Origin: Patescibacteria group bacterium
Lineage (GTDB): Bacteria > Patescibacteriota > Dojkabacteria > JAHIVN01
NCBI GenBank assembly: GCA_043816305.1
Contig: JBDRHZ010000043.1
Location: 42,322-106,321, forward strand
Direction of reading: 5' to 3'
Length of the DNA stretch: 64,000 nt
Below are positions 43,976 through 53,133 of the stretch, one piece after another. Numbering within the stretch: position 1 is the stretch's first letter; the number at the start of each line of letters is the position of its first letter. The notes under the pieces were generated by a model that was given only the letters and a program-made list of their open reading frames with translations, was not told the DNA's origin and did not search any database. The position numbers and the translations under genes were made by a program.

Positions 43976-45703
43976 CTAAATTTTTGTTTTTAAAATCTCT
44001 ACCAGCTCGTCCTTAAAAAATGGTGTTCCAACGTATTTTGTTATTCTTGTCTTTATATCAATCCCTGTTTCACACCTGATAAGCTTGGCGAACTGGCCTG
44101 AATAATTATTTTCAACTGCAATCAGCTTGTTTCTTTTTGCATATCTTTTTATGGTTTCTATTTCAATCGGATAAACGAAAGAGTAGTGCAATGCATTTAT
44201 ACGGCTTTTTCCGTTATTTAGCTTCTCAAGTGCGTCAATAATTGGTCCCTTTTGTGACCCCCAGCAGATAATAGTTGTTTTTGCCTTTTCCGGTCCATAA
44301 AGCTTAGGTTCTGGAAGTTCAGAAATTATTCCTCCGTATTTCCTCATTCTCTTGTCCATCATCTGTTTTCGTGCATAAAGATCTTCTGTAGAATAGCCTT
44401 TTTCATCATGTTCGTCGCTGTTTGCGAGATATACCCCTCCCTTTGATCCGGGAAGTGACCTTGGGGAAACTCCTGAAACCGTAATTTTATAGCGTTTGAA
44501 CTCGAGCTGATTAGCGAGATCAGGTTCAGAGAGTATCTGTCCTCGGCTTACCTTGATTTTTCCATCTTTAAATCGCTTTGCTTGGTACCAGCTTTCAGAC
44601 AGGTATTTATCAAGGAGTATGATCACAAGTGTTTGATATTTATCAGCCAGATTAAATGCTTGTGGAACAAGCTCAAATACCTCATTGATATCTCCAGGAG
44701 CAAGTACGATCTTGGGAAATTCCCCATGTCCTGCTCGTGATACAAACTCGAGATCTCCTTGTTCCGTCCAGGTAGGCAGTCCCGTTGCCGGTGCAGGTCT
44801 CTGTGAGTTGAAAACTACGAGTGGTGTCTCATTGATACCTATTAATGAGAGACTTTCTGTCATGAGAGCCAATCCACCACCCGAAGTCCCGCAGGCAGAA
44901 CGTGTTCCTGCAAAACTGGCACCTATAGCCATTTGGATGGCAGTGATCTCATCTTCGGCCTGTTTCACGATCATCTTTGTCTTATCAGTTCTACTTGCAA
45001 GGTATTGCAGAATTCCAGTTGAAGGGGTCATCGGATATGCACAGTAAAGTCTGCAGCCAGAGGCATAAGTGGCGAGTCCGGCTACTTCATTTCCAGTTCC
45101 TATTATCCTATCGGTGGAGCCTTTTAGCTGTTTCAATTCAACGAAGTACTGATCAGCAACGACTTTAAATCCATCTTTCGCGCATTTTATATTTGTTTCT
45201 ATATCCTTGGATTTCTTGCCGAAGATTTGTTTCAGTTGGTTTTCGAGAACTTTGAATTCTTTTGTCAGCATGCTCCAGACTGCTCCGGTGATGACAGAGT
45301 TTTCCATTACTGGTTGTCCGTTATTCTCTTTTACGATTTCATCAACTGGGATGACAAGGATCTGTATACCCTTGTTATCGAGAGATTTCTTTACTCTTGG
45401 CTTGATAACTCTATTATCATCGCAGATCAGAAGTCCTTTTCGGTTCAGATCCTCATGGTGCTTCTCAATAGTCTCATCGTTCAATGCAACTAAGATGTCA
45501 AATCTTTGCGTAATCGAGCCTATCTGCTTGTCGGCTACATTTATCTGAAATGTGGAATGACCTCCTCGAATGAGAGAAGGGTACTCGCTATAGGAAAATG
45601 TCCAGTAGCCCAGATCCTTGAGTGCCTTTGTGAGTATGTAGCCGGAGGTTTTTACTCCTTGTCCGGCGCTCCCGCCAATTTTTATCGAAAAAGTCTGTTT
45701 CAT
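43976..45703 (-). CDS. 2-oxoacid:ferredoxin oxidoreductase alpha subunit with fused N-terminal gamma domain
   Basis: IKIGGSAGQGVKTSG (gamma domain), then GNEVAGLATYASGCRLYCAYPMTPST (alpha domain). Start at ATG rc 45701-45703. Confidence 0.85.
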   Translation of the reverse strand: MKQTFSIKIGGSAGQGVKTSGYILTKALKDLGYWTFSYSEYPSLIRGGHSTFQINVADKQIGSITQRFDILVALNDETIEKHHEDLNRKGLLICDDNRVIKPRVKKSLDNKGIQILVIPVDEIVKENNGQPVMENSVITGAVWSMLTKEFKVLENQLKQIFGKKSKDIETNIKCAKDGFKVVADQYFVELKQLKGSTDRIIGTGNEVAGLATYASGCRLYCAYPMTPSTGILQYLASRTDKTKMIVKQAEDEITAIQMAIGASFAGTRSACGTSGGGLALMTESLSLIGINETPLVVFNSQRPAPATGLPTWTEQGDLEFVSRAGHGEFPKIVLAPGDINEVFELVPQAFNLADKYQTLVIILLDKYLSESWYQAKRFKDGKIKVSRGQILSEPDLANQLEFKRYKITVSGVSPRSLPGSKGGVYLANSDEHDEKGYSTEDLYARKQMMDKRMRKYGGIISELPEPKLYGPEKAKTTIICWGSQKGPIIDALEKLNNGKSRINALHYSFVYPIEIETIKRYAKRNKLIAVENNYSGQFAKLIRCETGIDIKTRITKYVGTPFFKDELVEILKTKI

Positions 45704-45768
45704 AGGCAGTTTGAAAGATGATGAGTAAAGGATATTACAAAGCGTAGAGAAGGTCAAGAAAAAAGAAG

Positions 45769-45797
45769 AAATTAGATAACTAGAAAATTAGATAACT
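45769..45797. promoter_or_regulatory. 13-bp direct repeat AAATTAGATAACT x2 upstream of the oxidoreductase operon
   Basis: Copies at 45769-45781 and 45785-45797, 66-94 nt upstream of the start at 45703. Confidence 0.3.
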
Positions 45798-45880
45798 TTG
45801 TAATTAAGTAATGGTACTTAGGAAGTAGGGATTCATCAGGGGCTGGGGCTTAGATTGTATAGTTAGTCTTACGAGATTTT

Positions 45881-46384
45881 CTACTTATTTAATTGAAAAC
45901 TGTCTTTTATCTCTCCTATATCGTCAAAAGCTGCTTGCAGATCCTGTGGTGCGATACCATTCATCTGGGCAAATGTATAAACATATTCTGAGTTCTCGCC
46001 TAATTTTATTTCCATCCCAAGTTCTTCCAGCATAGGATCCCAGTCATTTTGGGAGTAGACAGTTATCGTAAACATAGAAACTTCTCCCTGGGTACTGCTT
46101 GTCAGCTTGAACTGGTAGTATGCCTCGAATTCCAATCCTGCGCCTGGTGTTTTATCAACATTATAACCTTCCCAGCTGTTTGGAAATAAAAGTGAAAAAT
46201 CATGTTCATAATTGGTGTACGGAAGATTGTCTGCTATACTTGTCGAGGTGGAAGTTTCTGTGGTGTCCTCATGCTCAACAGTACTGCTGGAATTTAGTAA
46301 TAAATATGCTGCTATCCCGCCTGCAGAGCAGCAGCACAGAAGTAGTACTACCACAACGATTACGATTATGATGGTTTTGTTCAT
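45881..46384 (-). CDS. membrane-anchored extracytoplasmic protein, unknown function
   Basis: N-terminal anchor IIIVIVVVVLLLCCCSAGGIAAYLLL followed by a Ser/Thr-rich linker. Confidence 0.5.
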   Translation of the reverse strand: MNKTIIIVIVVVVLLLCCCSAGGIAAYLLLNSSSTVEHEDTTETSTSTSIADNLPYTNYEHDFSLLFPNSWEGYNVDKTPGAGLEFEAYYQFKLTSSTQGEVSMFTITVYSQNDWDPMLEELGMEIKLGENSEYVYTFAQMNGIAPQDLQAAFDDIGEIKDSFQLNK

Positions 46385-46444
46385 GCTTGGGCCGTAAGAA
46401 TTAATGCTAAATTCATTATAGAGGTAGGGGAGAGATTTGTAAAA

Positions 46445-47419
46445 TTAAAAGAGAAGATGTCCTAATCTTTCCAATGCAGTTACTTTGAATACTCTGAGGT
46501 CTGGTGTAAGGGTTTCCTCGGCAAGGACGGTTTGTACAATATGTTGAAGAGCTGCAGGATGACATCTCCTAAGCTCACGGAGAAGAGATTCTGCTTGAGA
46601 ACCCCCAGGGTCTGATGACAGCATTGTGTTGAGAAGTCTTCTTTGGGCATCGACATCATCGGGTGTTCCAAATATTGCAATTTTTATCTCGGTCGTTCCT
46701 CCTACTTTGAGTACATCATCAAGTTCGTATAGTACTGTTGGAGGAACTTCTGTTGTTGCAGGAGGAGTAGACCTTGTTGTTACAACCCTTTGTCGGGGAA
46801 TTTGCTGTCCTGCTGCAATTAAAGCTGCTGATCTCATTGCAAGTACATTTGCCTGAGCATTTTTTATAACTCCAGGAAGATCTAGTTGGATAAGAAGCTC
46901 AATTACAGAAGGTATAGAGTTATCAGCGCAGTACCTTTCAACAACAAGAGCAAGATCTGGTAAATTTAAGGCTTGAAGATTGTCACGAACAGATCCGTTT
47001 TCGGTTGGCTGTGAGAAAATTTGGGTTCGTATTCTGGAAATGAGTGCTAGTTTATCATGAAAAGTAATAAAACTACCTTCTACATAATCATATACGACAG
47101 TTCTAGCTCGTAGCCTTGCATCTGGAATCATACCTTGGATAACTTCTGTAAATCTTCTAGCTGAATATGTGGTGTCTTCAAATTTCCCCGTTTTCAGAAA
47201 TAACTTAACGAGCCCTTCTCCTTGTTCGACTTTATGTTTTCTATCTATCTCGGCTGCTGTTTGTCTGGCAAAGTGTTCTTGAAGTTCCCGTTGTCTAAAC
47301 GAGGGACCGTTTACCGATCTGTTCACAGCCTTTCTTGCCTGAGCTGCATCTAGCTTTGAAGTGTCTTGATCTGTGATAGCGTTATCACCACGTTGTCTTA
47401 GGGATTCATGAATTGACAT
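46445..47419 (-). CDS. hypothetical 324-aa protein (atypical-composition ORFan)
   Basis: Long clean ORF. Arg/Ala/Leu/Thr-rich and looks helical. No motif recognised. Confidence 0.6.
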   Translation of the reverse strand: MSIHESLRQRGDNAITDQDTSKLDAAQARKAVNRSVNGPSFRQRELQEHFARQTAAEIDRKHKVEQGEGLVKLFLKTGKFEDTTYSARRFTEVIQGMIPDARLRARTVVYDYVEGSFITFHDKLALISRIRTQIFSQPTENGSVRDNLQALNLPDLALVVERYCADNSIPSVIELLIQLDLPGVIKNAQANVLAMRSAALIAAGQQIPRQRVVTTRSTPPATTEVPPTVLYELDDVLKVGGTTEIKIAIFGTPDDVDAQRRLLNTMLSSDPGGSQAESLLRELRRCHPAALQHIVQTVLAEETLTPDLRVFKVTALERLGHLLF

Positions 47420-47450
47420 ATAGTATCATTTACAAATAGGGATACTATAT
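47418..47450. promoter_or_regulatory. 10-bp inverted repeat ATATAGTATC / GATACTATAT abutting the start codon of ORF 46445..47419
   Basis: Arms at 47418-47427 and 47441-47450 with a 13-nt spacer. On the mRNA this would fold the last 33 nt of the 5' UTR up to the AUG. Confidence 0.35.
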
Positions 47451-47523
47451 AAATTACACCAATTGTTTAGCTCATAGTAAACCGTTTGTTAAATTGGGGT
47501 TACTGCTGTAAAATCAACGTATA

Positions 47524-48420
47524 ATGACAATAAACGACCTTCTACAAAAAGGCGGAGAGATTCTTAAGCATGATTCTCAGACTCCTGATCTGGATAGTGA
47601 GATTCTCTTGAGTTTTGTTCTCGAGAGGGATAGGGCATATCTTTATACTCACAGAGAAGAGCCTGTCAAAGAGAAATTAAAACAAAAGTATTACTCCCTT
47701 TTAGAACGAAGAAAAAATGGGGAACCGATTGCCTATATTACAAACACCAAGGAATTTTATAGCCTTGATTTTTATGTTGATAAGAACGTTTTGATTCCAA
47801 GGCCTGAAACTGAGGATCTTGTCGATTTAGCATTTGAGGAAATACAAAGATTAGTAAAGAATGTGAAATCGAGAGCGGGGAGTGTGAGGATCGTTGATGT
47901 CGGGACCGGGAGCGGTTGTATAGGGGTTACGCTTATCCATAAGATTATTGAAAGCGGGTTGAACGGGAAAACCGGATTCGATTTCTACCTCATCGATATT
48001 TCCGGAAAAGTATTGAATGTTGCTAAGAAGAATTATATAAAACTTATCAGTGATGTGAAGAATGTAAAGGTGAATTTCGTTAAGACGGATCTTCTGAAGG
48101 GCTTTAAGAATAAGTTCGATATTATAGCCTCTAATCCGCCATACATCCCGAGCGGAAAGATTGATTTCCTGGATAGAGCTGTAAAGGATTTTGAGCCAAG
48201 AGTAGCTTTGAACGGTGGAAGGGGAGGACTGGTCACTATAAAACGACTTATCAACGAGGCTGTAAAACGGTTAATGCCAGAGGGCCGGTTTTTGTTTGAG
48301 CTTCTTGAAGAGCACCCCGAAACGGTGAAATTATACTTGGAAGAAAATTTTCCCAAATACAAAGTAGAATTTAAAAAGGATAGTTTCGGTGAGTGGAGAT
48401 TTGCAGTGGTTAGTAGGTAG
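47524..48420 (+). CDS. prmC: release-factor glutamine N5-methyltransferase
   Basis: VDVGTGSGCIG (SAM motif I) and IIASNPPYIP (NPPY). Confidence 0.85.
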   Translation: MTINDLLQKGGEILKHDSQTPDLDSEILLSFVLERDRAYLYTHREEPVKEKLKQKYYSLLERRKNGEPIAYITNTKEFYSLDFYVDKNVLIPRPETEDLVDLAFEEIQRLVKNVKSRAGSVRIVDVGTGSGCIGVTLIHKIIESGLNGKTGFDFYLIDISGKVLNVAKKNYIKLISDVKNVKVNFVKTDLLKGFKNKFDIIASNPPYIPSGKIDFLDRAVKDFEPRVALNGGRGGLVTIKRLINEAVKRLMPEGRFLFELLEEHPETVKLYLEENFPKYKVEFKKDSFGEWRFAVVSR

Positions 48421-48519
48421 TAATCAGTCAAAAGTCAACAGTCTTTAGTTATTCTTTCTATTTAAAATGGGCTCAAATACTTGAGATTTAAAGCTGATAA
48501 CTGACAGCTGAACGCTGAC

Positions 48520-48885
48520 TTAGCAGGTGCTGTGAATCAAAACATTTACTTTCTTTCCCTCTTTTAGCAGCTTATTGTACTCTTTTACGGCCTTGGGGGA
48601 TTTCAAAGCTTTGTAGAAAATTCCCTTTTGATCGGCTTCTTCCTTTATTACCTCGGGGACTTTCAAAACACTTGCCCAGCCGGTGCCGATAATTATCACC
48701 TCCGGATCATTCTCGAAGAGTCTTTCCACTTCCCACTTGCCAATTTCATGACTGGTCCCGAAGTACTCCACTAGTTTAGGATAATCTCTTTCCTCGACGA
48801 GATTTCCTGAAATGAGAACGTCATGATACTGATCGTCTCCAATTTTTATCTTTCCCCAAGCTATTTTATCAATCTTTAGGCTCAT
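48520..48885 (-). CDS. Mth938-like domain protein (DUF498/NDUFAF3-like)
   Basis: WGKIKIGDDQYHDVLISG and VIIIGTGWASVLKVP give the typical pattern. Length 121 aa. Confidence 0.65.
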   Translation of the reverse strand: MSLKIDKIAWGKIKIGDDQYHDVLISGNLVEERDYPKLVEYFGTSHEIGKWEVERLFENDPEVIIIGTGWASVLKVPEVIKEEADQKGIFYKALKSPKAVKEYNKLLKEGKKVNVLIHSTC

Positions 48886-48964
48886 TCCCCAGTCGAACAG
48901 ATATTATATTAATGTATAATTAATGCACCTTATTATATTTAATAACGAAAATATTCCCTGATAT

Positions 48965-49744
48965 TTACGAAAGATCAATTGCCTGTTTCGGGAATAACGT
49001 TACCTGTTTCCCTCGAAATTTGTTTGTAAGTTTGAGGATGCTATGTCCGAAAGAAGAGAAAAGTAACAGGACAAATGGGGGAGTTTTTTTCTTGTTAACA
49101 CTTTCTTCAAGGAAGAGATTAATCAGTTTTTTAAAGATTCTCTTATCATTTAAATATTGATCAAATATCACAAAATCGATATCTGCATTCTTTGCAAAAT
49201 CGCGATCTATTTCAGAATCTCCAAAATAAATGAGCTCTTCTTTTTTAAGTTTTTGAGAAGAAATGAGGTCAAGCAGACACTTTGGATCCGGCTTCTTATA
49301 CCCCTCATCAACGCAGGAAATTATTGTCTCAAAGTAACCTGAAATCCTGGTTTTTTTCAAGAATGCCTCAAGTGTATCCTTACTTCTATTTGTACAAATG
49401 TGCAGGGTTTTGCCTCTATTCTTGAGGAAGTCTAAAATGTCGATAACACCTTCGAATAGAGAAGCTCTATAACTTTCGTCTTTTTGAATTTTCTGGTCCA
49501 GAAGGAGCATTCTTTCAACACTTGTCATCAATCCAAATTCCTTTATCATTCTCCTGTAGTGATCCCGGATAGTAGAACCTGCATATTTATCGTGTAGATC
49601 AATAACATTTTGGGGATTGATATCAGGATCAATTTTCGTGACAACACGAGCAATAGTTTCACTTGAAAAGTCTCTAGCATCAATCAAAGTTTCGTCAAGA
49701 TCAAAGACAAAGTGCTGTTTGTATGTGTCGTTTTGTACTTTCAT
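48965..49744 (-). CDS. HAD-superfamily hydrolase
   Basis: FVFDLDETLID (DxDxT), CTNRSK, GDSEIDRDFA. Confidence 0.75.
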   Translation of the reverse strand: MKVQNDTYKQHFVFDLDETLIDARDFSSETIARVVTKIDPDINPQNVIDLHDKYAGSTIRDHYRRMIKEFGLMTSVERMLLLDQKIQKDESYRASLFEGVIDILDFLKNRGKTLHICTNRSKDTLEAFLKKTRISGYFETIISCVDEGYKKPDPKCLLDLISSQKLKKEELIYFGDSEIDRDFAKNADIDFVIFDQYLNDKRIFKKLINLFLEESVNKKKTPPFVLLLFSSFGHSILKLTNKFRGKQVTLFPKQAIDLS

Positions 49745-49862
49745 AGCGTTTTCTTGTAACGACTCGGATTATAGCATAATAGGGGAGAATGGGCCAATTA
49801 ATGCAATTTGCAAGTGATGTAAATATTGATTAAGGCAAAAGGATTACTGACACGGAAACAAT

Positions 49863-50075
49863 TTATTGCCTCTTTCTCTCTTGAATTAAGAGGAGAATAT
49901 TTAGAATCAGTGCTACTGTGAAGAATAACGCTCCTAGGAAGCATTTGGAGACTAGCTGCTTTTCGCTACCAGAACAGGACTCACAGTCCTGAAAGTACTC
50001 CATGTACCATTGGTACCAAGCGAAGAGGGTACCTCCGAGCAATACAGCGAATTGGGCAAAGAGAAGTTTTTTCAT
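49863..50075 (-). CDS. small membrane protein with CxxC (70 aa)
   Basis: Two TM segments flank DCESCSGSEKQ. Confidence 0.4.
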   Translation of the reverse strand: MKKLLFAQFAVLLGGTLFAWYQWYMEYFQDCESCSGSEKQLVSKCFLGALFFTVALILNILLLIQERKRQ

Positions 50076-50219
50076 GAGAAAAGTAATTAATAGTTAATTT
50101 AGTTAAATTCTGATAGTTCATTAATAGTATATTAAGGAGGATGTGAATGCAATTTAAGTTGACAGATAATGAGGCTAAGCAGAGGATATAATCAGGGGTT
50201 TGCCACTCTGAACCCAGGC

Positions 50220-50245
50220 CATTCTTTTTTACGCAAAAAAGAATG
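50220..50245. other. perfect 11-bp hairpin CATTCTTTTTT-ACGC-AAAAAAGAATG
   Basis: Read directly. It sits in the 320-bp gap between 50075 and 50395. Confidence 0.5.
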
Positions 50246-50394
50246 TAAAAAGCGCTGGAGTTAATTAGTTTGCTGACAGTAAAAATATTCGACCCGAAAT
50301 TTCCCACCCAAATAATTAACCCCAGACCCCGATCTTTTTCACACCTTAATCAAGATATATCGCTTTATCCCAGTTTATTTGTATAGGATTCGAT

Positions 50395-50961
50395 TTATTT
50401 TTCCTTGAACTTCATGACACTATAAGTGCTTATTTTCACATTCTCCTTCTTCCACATATCTTGGGGCAAGCCTGCCTTTAGACACAAGCTTGATAAGAAT
50501 TCTTCTGGATTGTCGACCTCTTCCCAGACTTGGGGGAGGTAGGTAGCCGAATGAAAGCCCATTTCTAGAATTACTCCAGGCTTATCTTTCGATAGAAATT
50601 CAATCAGAGCTTCAGGGCTTGTCCGCTTATAAGCTTTTGGTTCGCTCAGTATAGATATCTCGATTCTGATACCGTCTAACTCCTCCTTTGTTAGTTGTGG
50701 AAATCGGGGATCGTTAAACGCTGCTGAGTAGGTGTTCTCAATGATATCTCTATACAATTCTATTTGAGGAACCAGCTTACCTATACAGCCACGAAGCGCA
50801 CCATTATTGGTTAGAGTTACAAAAGTTGCTTTCTTTTCCTTATACTTTTTCGGTATGTCAGAATCTTTGACACTCAGTTCCTCACCGGTTTTGAGGATAT
50901 GCTCGAGTGCTTTACGAGAAAGCTTGAGGAGAAATTGTTTGTCTTTTTCAGTTAATGACAT
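50395..50961 (-). CDS. amrA: AmmeMemoRadiSam system protein A (AMMECR1 domain)
   Basis: ATFVTLTNNGALRGCIG signature and DPRFP. Confidence 0.9.
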   Translation of the reverse strand: MSLTEKDKQFLLKLSRKALEHILKTGEELSVKDSDIPKKYKEKKATFVTLTNNGALRGCIGKLVPQIELYRDIIENTYSAAFNDPRFPQLTKEELDGIRIEISILSEPKAYKRTSPEALIEFLSKDKPGVILEMGFHSATYLPQVWEEVDNPEEFLSSLCLKAGLPQDMWKKENVKISTYSVMKFKEK

Positions 50962-50970
50962 TGGGCTTAT

Positions 50971-50982
50971 GGGCTGATGAGC
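50971..50982. repeat. GGGCTGATGAGC: one of four copies of the intergenic motif GGGYYGATGAGC
   Basis: Other copies at 56521-56532, 63817-63828 and 63833-63844. Confidence 0.7.
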
Positions 50983-51031
50983 CTACGGGCCGAAGAGCCT
51001 TTGCTCCATTCAATTAACATAAATTAACTAT

Positions 51032-51049
51032 CAATCAATCAATCAATCA
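51032..51049. repeat. (CAAT)4 microsatellite in an operon-internal spacer
   Basis: TCAATCAATCAATCAATCAG, read directly. Confidence 0.8.
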
Positions 51050-51072
51050 GTAATCAATTAACAGTCTTCCGA

Positions 51073-51867
51073 TTATTCATAATACACAATCGAAGCATAT
51101 CCCACAACCTGCGTCTTATCACCGGCAGTATCACCTGAGTTTCTATAATCTAGAAGTTTTGTCTTCCATTTATTCGCCTTCGCGACTTCATTTAGAATGA
51201 GAATGCCATCAACTCCGCAGGCTTGGTTTGCTTCGATAAATGAGTCAAGTGCGAGAATAGCATCAATAGTTTCTTTATCAGTTTCACAAGCCTCCTTGTA
51301 TGGCAGGTAATGCGACAGGTCAGAACTGATAATTATCAGTGTTTCTTCATTTAGATGCTCGTTTATTGTGGCTGCTATTTCCTTGAAGGCATTCAGCCTT
51401 CCGCATACTAAAGGAGTTATTTTAAATTCTTTCAATACGCTTTGCAGGAAAGGGAGCTGAACTTCAATACTGTGTTCAAAAAGGTGGGCTTCATTCACAA
51501 GGCTGAAATCTGATTCATCTTTCAGCTCCTGAGATAGGGGAGAGAGCTGGACTATTCCAAGCGGTGTCCGCCAGAAATTATAGCTAGTGAGACCAATGTT
51601 TGTAAACGTTACTTTGTGCGAAGGACCGATGAGAATGATATTGGATATTGGTTGTTGGACAGTAGCTTCCTGTAGCAATTTATAGCCGTGTGCTGCTACT
51701 GGAGCTGAATACTCATATCCGGCATGCGGTAAGATGAGCGCTTTTATCTTTCCATTTACCTTTTCGGGTCTAACGTCTTTAAGATACTTCTCGATATCCT
51801 TTTTGAGTTTTTCCTCGTCTTCAGGATAAAAAGTACCTGCAAAAGCCGGCGGGCGGATGTTCATCAT
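51073..51867 (-). CDS. amrB: AmmeMemoRadiSam system protein B (MEMO1 family)
   Basis: PAFAGTFYP, LILPHAGYEYS, SSDLSHY. Confidence 0.85.
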   Translation of the reverse strand: MMNIRPPAFAGTFYPEDEEKLKKDIEKYLKDVRPEKVNGKIKALILPHAGYEYSAPVAAHGYKLLQEATVQQPISNIILIGPSHKVTFTNIGLTSYNFWRTPLGIVQLSPLSQELKDESDFSLVNEAHLFEHSIEVQLPFLQSVLKEFKITPLVCGRLNAFKEIAATINEHLNEETLIIISSDLSHYLPYKEACETDKETIDAILALDSFIEANQACGVDGILILNEVAKANKWKTKLLDYRNSGDTAGDKTQVVGYASIVYYE

Positions 51868-52052
51868 AGCTGGAAATGTTTAAGATTACATTAGTGATTA
51901 TCCTTTAAGTATGACTGGTTGTCAATGTAGAAACCGGTAACCGGGATCAGGTGTCAGTAGACGGTAAACAAGTTGCTGTCCACTGTCTTTAGTTATTGCG
52001 AGTTATTCTGAGCAACTGAGACTATTGTTGGTGGTGAGTGCTGACTGCTATT

Positions 52053-53075
52053 CTACTTCCACATTCCCTCAATTCTAGCATTGCACTTTCCACATTTCCC
52101 ATCTTTCAAATTCTCAATTCTAGTATATCCCCAGTCCCTTTTTATTAGTAGTTCTTCACACTTTGGGCAGTAAGTACTATGCAGGTCCTGGTCATGAATA
52201 TTACCTGCGTAAACGTATTTCAGTCCCGCGGTTTTTCCTATCCTATAAGCTTCTTTAATCTTCGCTTCTGATGTTGAGGAAATATTACGCATTTTGTAGG
52301 AAGGACTGAAGCGAGTAACGTGCCAAGGAATTGATTGAGAAACTGATACAATAAATTGAGCAATCTGATCTAATTCATGTGGTGAATCATTTTGGCCAGG
52401 TATTATCAAAGTAGTAAGCTCTATCCAAATGCCTTTATTGTATAAAAGCTTGATGCTATCCAAAACGGGCTGTAATTTTGCTTTGCATATTTTAGTATAA
52501 AAGGTGTTACTAAACGACTTGAGATCGATGTTGATAGCGTCTAGGTATGGGGACATTAGTTCAACAGCTTCCTTTGACCCATAGCCATTTGAAACATATA
52601 CGTTTTTAATTCCAGCTTTCTTTGCAAGTTTGGCTGTGTCATATGTGTACTCGCAGAAAATGAAAGGCTCATTGTATGTGTAGGAGATGATTTTTATATT
52701 ATTTTCTATGCAGAAATAGACGATTTCTTTTGGAGATAGTTTATAAAGCGGGGGAACAGGGATAGACTTATCTTTGGTACACTGAGACATCCATGCATTT
52801 TGGCAGAAGTCGCAGCCAAAGTTGCAACCTATTGTTCCCACGGAAAAAACTGAACTTCCAGGTAGAAAGTGAAAAAATGGCTTCTTTTCTATGTCGTCGA
52901 CTTCAGATCCGGAAGTCAGTCCATAAACAAGAGAGTAGAGAATGCCATCCTTGTTCTGCCTCACTCCGCAGATTCCGCATCTATCAGGTACGATTTTACA
53001 GTAGTGATTGCAGGCAGTGCACTCCACGAGGTTATTTTTGAGTTTTTTGAAAAGAAGGGCTTTGTGCATATACAT
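52053..53075 (-). CDS. amrS: AmmeMemoRadiSam system radical SAM enzyme
   Basis: GCNFGCDFCQN is the CxxxCxxC cluster. There are additional N- and C-terminal Cys pairs. The start is either ATG 53075 or 53069. Confidence 0.9.
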   Translation of the reverse strand: MYMHKALLFKKLKNNLVECTACNHYCKIVPDRCGICGVRQNKDGILYSLVYGLTSGSEVDDIEKKPFFHFLPGSSVFSVGTIGCNFGCDFCQNAWMSQCTKDKSIPVPPLYKLSPKEIVYFCIENNIKIISYTYNEPFIFCEYTYDTAKLAKKAGIKNVYVSNGYGSKEAVELMSPYLDAINIDLKSFSNTFYTKICKAKLQPVLDSIKLLYNKGIWIELTTLIIPGQNDSPHELDQIAQFIVSVSQSIPWHVTRFSPSYKMRNISSTSEAKIKEAYRIGKTAGLKYVYAGNIHDQDLHSTYCPKCEELLIKRDWGYTRIENLKDGKCGKCNARIEGMWK

Positions 53076-53076
53076 G

Positions 53077-53129
53077 ATAGTTTAGCATATTTTTCAACTT
53101 TATGAAGGGTAGAAAATATGCTAAACTAT
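53077..53129. promoter_or_regulatory. perfect 17-bp inverted repeat in the divergent promoter region between amrS and ORF 53134
   Basis: ATAGTTTAGCATATTTT (53077-53093) pairs with AAAATATGCTAAACTAT (53113-53129), separated by a 19-nt spacer. Confidence 0.45.
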
Positions 53130-53133
53130 TATT

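Noticed and set aside
50973-50997. CTGATGAG-GCC...GGC-CGAAG looked like a hammerhead ribozyme core (CUGAUGA ... GAAA).
   Set aside because: The spacing after stem II has an extra C. The sequence reads GAAG rather than GAAA. I cannot build helices I and III or find a cleavage triplet. The other GATGAGC copies lack any GAAA partner. It is better explained as one member of the GGGYYGATGAGC motif family.
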